A DNA stretch of 64,000 bases. It comes from Octopus sinensis (lineage: Eukaryota). Each line of letters begins with the position of its first letter. Position 1 is the first letter of the stretch. Both the position numbers and the translations under genes were made by a program. The stretch is from contig NC_042999.1 of the NCBI RefSeq assembly GCF_006345805.1, forward strand, positions 5,332,001 to 5,396,000, in the 5' to 3' direction. The notes beneath the pieces were generated by a model. That model did not search any database. It was not told the origin of the DNA and was given only the letters and a program-made list of their open reading frames with translations. Positions 53,590 through 64,000 of this stretch are shown piece after piece.

Positions 53590-53830
53590 TAGCCTAGTGG
53601 TTAGGGTGTTGCAATCACGATCGCTAGATCGAGGGTTCAAATCCCGGATCGAGCGGTGCGTTTTGTTCTTGAGCAAAATACACCTTTTCACGTTGTTCCA
53701 GTCTCCTCGGCTGTAAAAGGCTTAACCTGTGACGGACTAGTCTTCCGATCGGGGTGTGTATGTGCATGGATAATTGTTGGTCTGCTCGCCTAGCTAGCGG
53801 GGTGGCATCATTCGAAAGCTAAAATGATAC
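53590..53830 (+). mobile_element. Diverged tRNA-derived SINE C
   Basis: gcctagtggttagggtg...ggttcaaatcccgg. Confidence 0.65.
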
Positions 53831-54515
53831 AAAGTATGTATGTATATATGTGTGTATTTCCCAGTAACATCTCCATCAATGATTTGACTGTTTCCCCTTT
53901 ATCTGACAATAGGGAAAGAGTCGGTTTCTAATCTAGATCCAAGGTTCCTTCATTGGAATTTCAACAACATCAATAGGACACACGCTGAATTCATCCGCAC
54001 TTTAAAGAATTTTTCTTTTCACATCGCAGTATGTCTCCAAATTTCCCTCCTTCCAATCTCTTGTCCAATCTCGGTGGGGATTACGAATTCAGTCGCTAAC
54101 GAGCCGACCATGTTCGCGTTGAACCGGTTTCCCGTTGCTGTTAGTTACGGATTTTTGTCCTGATTATTCCCCTTTGTTATGTTGCACCCACGTCCCCACT
54201 CACCTTTGAGCTGGGCTGCTGGAATTGTACACTCAACCAAGAACGAGGGCTGTCACACATACATGCACTTGCTTAAACGAAATGGCCTGCCCCGATAGCT
54301 ACCTCCAGCTTTCTTGAACGAGATATTTTAGGGGAATATTGTGGCTCTTTTTAAAGAGCTTACAACTTCATATAAAATTCCAAGAATTTTAAACAATGGG
54401 GAAAAGTCAGTTAAACAGTTAAAAAAGGACAAACCATAGAGTTATCTGTTGAGGGTTGTGTATAATCAATGAGCGAGAAAGAGAGAGAGAGGGGGGGACA
54501 AGATAGATAGATAGC

Positions 54516-54574
<59 letters not shown>

Positions 54575-54587
54575 GGGCAAGATATAT

Positions 54588-54653
<66 letters not shown>

Positions 54654-54655
54654 TA

Positions 54656-54702
<47 letters not shown>

Positions 54703-55039
54703 TATTAGCCTGGTAAAGCATAATGGCCTGTCTCGCTAGTAAATGCTTCAACGATATATTTTAGAGGGAAAAATAATATTTTAAGTGCTTTGAATGTAAC
54801 GTGATGTAACGCGAGTTTTAAACAGAAAGACATGAATAAAGATTAAACCAATAAAGCGATAATCCTAGATTGAATATGGTTAATACAGAATCTATTCTAC
54901 TCTAGGCACAAGGCCCGAAATTTGGGGGAGGGGGCCAGTCGATTCGATCGACTCTAGTACGCAACTGGTACTCAATTTATCGACCCCGAAAGGATGAAAG
55001 GCAAAGTCGACCTCGGCGGAATTTGAACTCGGATGGCTA

Positions 55040-56700
55040 ATAAAGAATATATAAGGAGTTCTACGGAAATATGTAAGTTACCAACGTGAGGTACCAAGTG
55101 TACAAGAAAGAAGTTCTGGGGGAAAATTTGGAATAAAGAAAAAAAAAATGAATACGATGCGAATGGTTGAAATCACTTGGGAATAGTATGAAAATCTTTA
55201 AGCATGAAAATGAATACATTTTACAGGTGGTGTAACAAAATTGTCATTTGGTAAAACTCCAGCCCTTGCTCATGTTCAAATATGTTGGTTAAAACATTCA
55301 AATTGATGCATGAAAGAACATTTGTGGAACTGAATAAGCTGTCAGAATAAGATGCCCGCATGGATGAAAGACGAATCAAAGGGAAAATGTGTTGATAATT
55401 GTCGCTCATTGACCTTCCTTTGATGAGAAAGCTGTTGACTTAATTTTGCAGTTAATACGTACTTATTAAAGCTGAAAATTTATTGGTAGAGAAATAAATG
55501 GACTGTCATAGATAAAGCATTGGGACTAAAAATCAAGTTCTAATAAGATATTGTGAGAGAAGACATTAGAACTCGGCTGTAGCCGGAATAGATTACGGAA
55601 AAGTGTTTGATTTGGTTCTTCATCTCTCTATATAAAGCTGAAGTTGTCTGTGCATGGCAGGTTTGGTAGCCTTCAACTAACACTATCTCCTCCGAGACCC
55701 TGCGGCGCAAGTTGACAAAAATTGAGAGTAAGATAGAAGAAGGCTTGCTCTTCCGTCCGTAGAAGAAAAAAATTCAAATCGGACCATATTAACACCAAAA
55801 ATTATTTACATCAAAATGGTGCTTTTTTTCTATGAAAATCTCTATTTTTTACGATTTTTTGACTGCTGTGTCGCCATTTTTCGGTGTATTTCAACCAGAA
55901 AAATGTTCACTTAAAGAGAATAACAAGCTACATAATGCAAAAGTTACTTCCAATTCTAAAGGGTCGAAACAAACCCGAGCAACGCCGGGTGATACTGCTA
56001 GTTCGTGGATAAAAGAACGCTCCAAGTTATTTGGAGTGGATAATTTTCACTGGCTCCATTGGATACAAAACTATTAATGAGAACACAAGCCATCAAATAA
56101 GTTACAGGGAGAAGTTGAAATAGAGAGGAGTCTGCCAAGGAGACAGTTTATCATCTCTATTGTTCGTTGTGGGTATGATACTTTTAACGCTGATTTTACG
56201 GAAAGTTGCAGTTGATTATATCTTAGAAAATAGTCTAAAATGAATCATCCCCTATTCATGGAACCTCTTAATATGGAAGAAAAGAGCGAATGTCAAGGAG
56301 TTGTAATTCGTATATTTAGTATCGATACGGGGGAAGATTTCGGAGAAGAAGCACGGATTTTCATTTTACGGAGTAGAAAAGTTGCCATGTGAGGTTATTA
56401 CCAGACGAGCAAGTAATTAAAGAGATTGGAACAGAGAATAGAAATGTAAATATAGAGTGAAAATGGAAACAAATATAAGTTCAAGGGAAAAGAAATGAAA
56501 AAGAAATTTGAAAAATAATATTCTATAAGGTCAAAGTTGGATTTAGAGCAACTCGAGCGGGGAAAAACCCACATTATAACAAATAAAGATGCGAGTTGTT
56601 TTGACGATGTTGCGTGACTGGGCTTATCAAATAAAGCAAAGAATAGATTAGGAGAATGTGAGAAACTAGCTCCTTCTTCAGAGGAATAATTTAAATGATT
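55040..56700 (+). mobile_element. Highly degraded R4/Dong-type RT region
   Basis: IDYGKVFDLVLH|SWIKE, split by the Helitron; RGVCQGDSLSSLLFVV; NHPLFM. Confidence 0.6.
55623..56001 (+). mobile_element. Non-autonomous Helitron inserted at A|T
   Basis: 5' TC, 3' hairpin cccgagcaacgccggg and CTAG, no TSD. Removing it restores the CAT codon of the host RT. Confidence 0.88.
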
Positions 56701-57488
56701 AAATACAGAAGAGAAAGATGTATGCACGCATTGCTGAATAAATACATACATACATACATACTTACATACATAAAAATGTTTATATATATATTCATATCAA
56801 GTATTCTTTACTTTGTACATAATACGATTTGGAAACAGTATAATTATATATTCCACATACATTTAAAATATAGTTTTATGATGATACGTTATTGACTACT
56901 AATAATATACCGTGTATATATATATATATATGAAAAGACCTATCACTTTTTTTAATCATCCTTCGCTAATTACGTAAAATCTGCTGTGGCCATGAAAATG
57001 TAAATGATTTGAAGTGAATCGAAGCCATACATTGTGAAAGCGACCTAGAAAAAGTAAAGCAGTCTTTTGCGTAGATTTCGTCTGTTTCTATGCAGGAACC
57101 GAGACAAATGAAAGAAAACATGCCAAATGTTCGTGATTAGAAAAACACCGTTGAAAATGTCATTGTGTTTTCGTATCTTTGATAAATATTTCACTGGAGA
57201 TATCTTTCGCGAATTTCCGCCTCATCATTTCGTTAGTCATCGCCCACTCTAATTTTCTCTTCTATTTATCTTCCTACAGCTTCCTCCCGCTATCGTTTCT
57301 ATTTCTTCGTATTATTTACGGCCATTTTCTGTTGCTCGTTTATTGATTTGTTGCCGTTAGCGGCAAACGTTAGCTTTTTAATAATTCAGTAATACAAAAA
57401 AATAGCGAGCTAACTACAAACGAAGACTATTGTGTTTCCTAAAAAAAACCAATTGAGGAAATTATCAACTTGGGATGTAATGTAATAC

Positions 57489-57542
<54 letters not shown>

Positions 57543-59124
57543 TCTTCAAAGGAGGAACGATTTTCTTTTGGATAAAGTGTGTCGTCATCTAACGTTTAAA
57601 ATATGTCTCTACAGTTTTTATTTATAAAATGATTTTAGTTGTTGATATTAATATATATATCTGTCGTCTGTTGCACCTTGGTTTATATAGTAAACCTATA
57701 ATTTGTCGATGTCTTATAACAGTAGACGAAATTTCAGCAGTTAATTTATTTCAAACAAACCAGACATGAATAAATAATTGTAAACGAACATTTCCAATGT
57801 CTAAGTAGTTTCAATAGCAAACCTTGTAACTATGAAACCATAACATCAGAATAATTCCTTAGATATTTCGCTCTTTGAATGTTTTATCGATTATGGAAAA
57901 TTCGTCGATATAAATATAGCATTCAGCCGTCTGTGAGTAAGACGTTAATGTCAATCAGTCGGAAACAGACGAGATTATTTTGACTTTATCACTAAATTTT
58001 GCTTCAACGATATATAAAATTACTGAATCTCGACAAAATAGCCGTGAAAATGTTGGGATTAAATCCCCAACCTAAAAGAAAACTTTCGGCCCATTAATTT
58101 TTCAAAACCCAACGTTCTGGATGGATCTTCATAAATTCTGTTTGGAAATTCAAAATCTCTTCTTAAAATACAATTTTATTTCATTTCGATTATCTCGTTA
58201 GAAAATCCGCAACAATAAAGCAAAACAATTAACTCCGGCGGGTTTCTTTTTGAAATAAAATATCTGAAGAGAAAATGCATTTGAAGGTTAAATGGATTAT
58301 GAAAGTTAATTTGTAACGTTTTCCTCCAACCTGGCTGACGTGGTCTACATGTTTAAGAGATTATCGATCTACATGTTTAAGAGATTATCGATCTCAGAGT
58401 TTACAATATTCCAGGGAAGAAAATGTCGAAATATTTTATTACTTGAATGATTTCATTTGTAACAAAACACAACGAAATATCACGTCACCATGTTTATATT
58501 GACTCAAATGATGGCGGCATTTTGTTAGCTGGGGAGAGTTACGACAAATTCATGGAGGGTTTTGCAAAGAACATAAAACTGGTGAAATGGTGTCGGCTAC
58601 ATGAAAGCTCACCTACCATAATGGACTATGAGAGACTAAAAAGAAAAATTCAATGGTAATTTTTGTGAAATTCTTTTATGAAGGAGGAAAAAAAAAAATT
58701 GTCGAAATGTAACCACTCGACTTCGGGGTTCGAGTGGGCATCGTGCCTCATTTATATCTTTTCATATTTTCATTCGTTTTCTTTAATTTTTTCGTCTGAA
58801 TTCATCTTCTTCTTATATTTTAAGTTCCCCGAGTTTATGTTTGTCTTGTTTGTATTGTCCCATTCTGTGTATAACCCCTTGTGGCTAATAAAAAAATCAG
58901 TTTATATTGTATAGCTAAGTAGAGACGGGAAACATAAGGCTTCCCAATCTCTATTTCGTGGCACATTGGGAAACCAAATGTAGAATTACAAATTTCACAT
59001 GGAAAATTTTTTAAATCTATATTTCTAAAATGAATAATTTAGCAAAAAATATTGCGAACGACTGCTTCCCTTGTTTTATTAATTGTACTTGAGGATAACA
59101 AAATTGTAATTAACGCGTGACAGC

Positions 59125-59495
59125 ATGGGCAGGTGTCTTCTGCTATAATCTCGGAGTGAGCAAAACATTGTGAGTGAATTTGGTAGACGGAAACTGAAAG
59201 AAGCCCCTCGTATATATATATATGCGTGTGTGTGTGGTGTGTGTGTGTGAATGTGTGTGTGTGTGTGAATGTGTGTGTGTGTGTGCGTTTGTGTGTCTGT
59301 GTCCCCTCCCAACATCACTTGACAACTGATGTTGGTGTGTTTACGTCCCCGTAACTTAGCGGTTCGGCAAATGAGACCGATAGAATAAGTACTAGGCTTA
59401 CAAAGAATAACTCCTGGAGTCGATTTGTTCGACTAAAGGCGGTGCTCCAGCATGGCCGCAGTCAAATGCCTGAAACAAGTAAAAGAGTAAAAGAC
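59125..59495 (+). mobile_element. SINE family A, 5' truncated
   Basis: Body and tail match the other copies. Confidence 0.85.
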
Positions 59496-59687
59496 TAAGC
59501 GTATGTAAAATGACTATATATTTACGTTTTACCATCATTTCAAGGAAAAGGTTGGGATAGAAATTAGACCCTGTAAGGATTAGCTCCTGCTAACAAATGT
59601 CTGAGAACAGACTAATACATCTGTTTCTTGTCTAACACTGTCTTCGTCTTTTGCTTTTTTTGTGAATTCTCCATATATTATATAAAA

Positions 59688-59755
<68 letters not shown>

Positions 59756-59799
59756 CATATGTGTATGTATATATATATATATATACATACATATGTGTA

Positions 59800-59927
59800 T
59801 ATGAGAGTATGTGTTTGTGTTTGTCCCACACTACCACTTGATAACCGGTGTTGATGTGTTTACATCCCGGAAATTGAGCAGTTCGGAAAAAGACCCCTTA
59901 CAATAAGTGTCAGGCGTTACTAAGAGA

Positions 59928-60010
<83 letters not shown>

Positions 60011-61050
60011 AATAACAAGTACTGGTTTCAATTCGTGCGATTAAAATTCTTCAAGGCGGTGCCCCAGCATGGCCGTAGTGTAATGGCTGAAACAAATAAA
60101 ATATAAAGGTATGTGTTCGATATGAATTATCTATATCCAGAAACCTAACCATATCGTCACTTTAGTTCACACAGAAGTTGGTCTCTCCTGTTGGGGGAAT
60201 TATAAAAGAAAAGCAACAACTTAAATATGTAAAGTTTATGGTAAACAAGCTAGTAAAGGGAATTCCGTTTCTCTTCCAATTAATTTCTCAAATCGGGAAG
60301 TTTGGGTAATGTTTCAATATCCTTTTCTACTCTAGGCACAAGGACCGAAATTTTGAGGGAGGGGGCCAGTAGATTAGGTCAACTCCAGTACGGAACTGGT
60401 ACTTAATTGATTGACTCCGAAAAGGATTAAAGGCAAAATCGACCTCGGCGGAATTTGAACTCAGAACGTAAAGGCAGACGATTCTGCATGCTAACGATTC
60501 TGCCAGCTCACCGCCCTGGTAATGTTTCAATATTGAAACGCAAATATCCACGATCAAAGTTTTGGTTTACTTAAAAGAAACGTTGAGATATTCTTCTTGA
60601 AACTTCATGAGAGTTATTCTGAATATGTACCACACCCAAGAACATATTTTCCTTTTATTTTTCAGAATTCTGTTCCTGTCGTACTTCGAGTTGTTGGCAA
60701 CGGCCGGACAGAAGAGACCAACTTCTGTGTGAACTAAAGTGACGATATGGTTAGGTTTCTGGATATAGATAATTCATATCGAACACATGGCTTTATATTT
60801 TATTTGTTTCAGCCATTAGACTACGGCCATGCTGGGGCACCGCCTTGAAGAATTTTAATCGAACGAATTGAAACCAGTACTTGTTATTTGTCTCTCTCTC
60901 TCTCTTTCTTTAAAAAATTTTTTTTTTAGTAAAGCCTGGCACTTATTCTATTGGGGTCTTTTTCCGAACTGCTCAATTGCCGGGACGTAAACACATCAAC
61001 ACCGGTTATGAAGCGGTAGTGTGACAAACACAAACACACATACTCTCATA
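59800..61050. repeat. Inverted duplication, ~340-390-bp arms, ~515-bp spacer
   Basis: 59800-60191 versus 60708-61050; each arm includes a SINE A tail plus ~85 bp of shared unique flank. Confidence 0.88.
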
Positions 61051-62097
61051 CATACATACATACATACATACATACATACATACATACATACATACATACA
61101 TACATACATACATGCATGCATGCATATATATACGTATACATATGTATTTATGGATGGATTTATATTAAGGGCATTAATACAGATAAATGCCTCACGCTAT
61201 GAGGGACTTTTAAAGTTAAAACCACCATAATAATGCCCTTAATAGAAATAAATATATTTAAAGGGAATAATTATGTGTATTAATGCCTTTAATATAAATG
61301 AATTTAAAGGTAATATTTAAAGGGAATAATTATAATTTTCCCCTTATCAGGTTTTTCACGCTGACTACTTGATAAATTCTTATAAAGATTTTATCCGATT
61401 TTAAATTTTACATGTATGTATATATATTGTACGACGGGCTTCTTTCAGTTTTGATCTACTAAATCCACCCACAAGCTTTTGGTTGGCCCAAGGCTGTATT
61501 AGAAAACATTTTTCCAAGGTGTCACGTAGTGGGTCTGAACCCGAAACCATATAGTTGAGAAGCAAACTTCTTACCACACAGTCACATCTGCGCCTTATGT
61601 AACTTCATGGAAATGCATGAACATCTTAACAACTACTTTTATATCCGTTAGGCAAATATCGTTAAAATTCAATGTAGGAATTTTTTAAGTTTTAAAAGAT
61701 TATGTCCCGAAACATCTTCATCAAACAGGCAAGTGAGACATTACTGTTAAATTTCTATGTAATATGCAAGTAGAGTCCATCCATGACCAGGCAATCGACT
61801 ACATTTGAAATCTGCAGATACATGGTAGATAAAAGAATGAAATAGTTCATCTGGAGTCGAACCTGCATCGCTTATTCGGCTTGTAGAGAACCTACTCTCA
61901 CTCTACCGACGCTAAGAACTTATCAAAACAGAAGTGTAAGTCTGTTGATGGTAACCCTGGAGGATTACACACTTAAGGACTTAATCTTAATGTCGGCAAT
62001 GATCTTTCATCATTTCTTTTTCCAGGTATTCAAGCGGTCTAGAACTCAGAACACTCATGATGTTTAATAAGTTCCTACTACTTATAGAGGTAGATAT

Positions 62098-62191
<94 letters not shown>

Positions 62192-62639
62192 CGCACAACA
62201 CACACACATATATTTGCAGACCTACCGGAGTCTGTAAAGAGTCTTGGCCAGAACCACATTTTGTATATAGAATATTATTGATTTCCGTCTGTTTATTAAA
62301 GAATGTAGAATACAATTTCTGTGACACTAACAAAACGAATTCAGGAACAATATTGAAAGGAAATTCCATCACCAAACAAAGCAGAGCAGGTGAAATATTT
62401 GCTGACAATAGTTTTCTCGTCTAAAGTTTTTTTCTGTCGATGGTTTTATAATTTGATATATTTACCGACACTGGCTCTATTTAAAATCAGTTGGAATCAT
62501 GTTCCTAGTCACAAGAAACATATAAATTCTATTCTATTCTATTCTGATACAACGCAGTATCGGGGCCCACTGCCGGAGAGAGCGGGTATCATTCTGAAAT
62601 CCCAGTTGCAACTTTTCAGAAAGAATATGAAAAATTTGA

Positions 62640-62776
62640 CGGTGACCATGCTGGAGTACCGCCTTAAAATGTTTTAATCGAATAAATTGACTTCAGGACT
62701 TATTCTTTGTAAGCCTGGTACTTATTCTATCAGTCTCTTTTTCCGAATACACACACACACACACACATACACACAA

Positions 62777-62832
<56 letters not shown>

Positions 62833-62975
62833 CATATATACAGCAGGCTTCTTTGAGTTTCCGTCTACCAAATCCACTCAAGACTTTTGCTGTCCCAAGG
62901 CTATATAGTAGAAGACACTCGCCCAAGATGCCATGCAGTAGGACTGAACCCGGGACCATGTGGTTGGGAAGCCTA
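62640..62975 (-). mobile_element. SINE family A, diverged
   Basis: Tail, (CA)n and head fragments. Confidence 0.7.
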
Positions 62976-63149
62976 AGTTATTCTACATCTCAGCACCAAT
63001 GTATATGCTACACGTTGCCCATTACAATTCTACAATTACAAATCAATGCAGATGTAGAAGGCAAGCTCTTCAGATCACCAGAACATCACTGCTATACTAA
63101 TCTCTCGACTCGGTTCAGATGCTAACCTTCTACATTTAATACCAAAAGA

Positions 63150-63660
63150 TAATTTTTATATCCAACTTAACACGGCTGCCTTGTTGGAACACCGAATACT
63201 ACGTTATTAGCCTCAAGAGATCCTCTTTTGTCGGCGCTTCGTGCATAAAACTATACATATAGAGTGTAACAGACGAAATTCAGAATAATTAATTTTTAGT
63301 TAGCTGCTGGCTATTTGCGAAACAGCGTCTGAAAAGAGGCTGAAATTCTTCATATCGTAGCAGTGAGATTTGGCTGGCATGCGGCGACCGGTGTTTACAC
63401 TGGGTTCCAATAGAACGAAATCAAGTGATATGGGAATTGGGATCTGTTCAGTCCCGCTCACAGATTTTTTAATTATTTTTTTTTAACAAAGCAGTTTGAA
63501 TTCCGGTGGCCATGCCAGATGAATTTCGTCTGCTATGGTCTATGTATGCGGTTTTATGCACCAAGTGCCTATATGAAGGGATCTCTCAAAGCTAATAACC
63601 TAACAACGCAGTATTCGGTGTTTTAACAATGCATCCATCCTTAGTTGGACATAAAGATTA
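63150..63660. repeat. Diverged inverted repeat (~135-bp arms), MITE-like
   Basis: tccaacttaa..caccgaatact..gcataaaac..cagacgaaattca versus tgaatttcgtctg..gttttatgc..agtattcggtg..ttagttgga. Confidence 0.7.
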
Positions 63661-63826
63661 CCTTATTTACATTATTTACATTTGACGGATATTTGTCCTC
63701 ATCTTGTTTGTTGTTAACACGTTTCAGCTGATATACCCTCCAGCCTTCATCAGGTGTCTTGGGGAAATTTCGAACCTGGGTTCTCATTCCTAAGGTATTT
63801 TTCGATGTTATTATTATTATTATTAT

Positions 63827-63860
<34 letters not shown>
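63660..63860 (-). mobile_element. Second copy of the hammerhead-bearing element (head missing)
   Basis: Near-identical to 10590-10760; the hammerhead at 63716-63758 lacks 3 nt at the cleavage site. Confidence 0.8.
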
Positions 63861-63866
<6 letters not shown>

Positions 63867-63867
<1 letters not shown>

Positions 63868-64000
63868 GGCGTAGGAGTGGCTGTGTGGTAAGTGGCTTGC
63901 TTACGAACCACATGGTTCTGGGTTCAGTCCCACTGCGTGGCACCTTTGCCAAGTGTCTTCTGCTATAGCCTCGGGCTGACCAAAGCCTTGTAAGTGGATT
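63867..64000 (+). mobile_element. SINE family A head (runs off the window)
   Basis: ggcgtaggagtggctgtgtggtaag...gggttcagtcccactgcg. Confidence 0.85.

Noticed and set aside
58447-58659. 70-aa non-repetitive ORF (and 39992-40309)
   Set aside because: No recognisable motif or convincing splice context; compatible with chance.
58713-58738. ccactcga-cttcgg-ggt-tcgagtgg hairpin read as a terminator
   Set aside because: Eukaryotic context, short, no U-tract; probably part of a retroelement 3' UTR.

Overview
This 64 kb window is AT-rich eukaryotic non-coding DNA, dense in microsatellites and transposons. The SINE families and microsatellite load suggest an octopus or other coleoid cephalopod (inference, not tested). 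No host protein-coding gene can be called confidently, and most ORF-track entries are translations of microsatellites. Retroelements: a near full-length Penelope-like element (RT plus C-terminal GIY-YIG, probably Naiad clade) with tandem ~1.06 kb pLTRs (44.4-50.2 kb), an RTE LINE with a ~75 bp target duplication, a CR1-type LINE, R4/Dong-type and Tx1/L1-type LINE remnants, a solo LTR and three SINE families. DNA transposons: Tc1/mariner fossils, three non-autonomous Helitrons and a hAT-like element. The most interesting signal is a set of small hammerhead-ribozyme elements: a 357-nt terminally redundant rod-like retrozyme candidate (27.5-27.95 kb), a tRNA-headed SINE-like element with a minimal hammerhead (10.6 kb, second copy 63.7 kb), hammerhead variants in Penelope-type repeats, and long palindromes in (TA)n tracts. 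Together these could be a Penelope-driven family of ribozyme parasites. All structures were read by eye and not computed.
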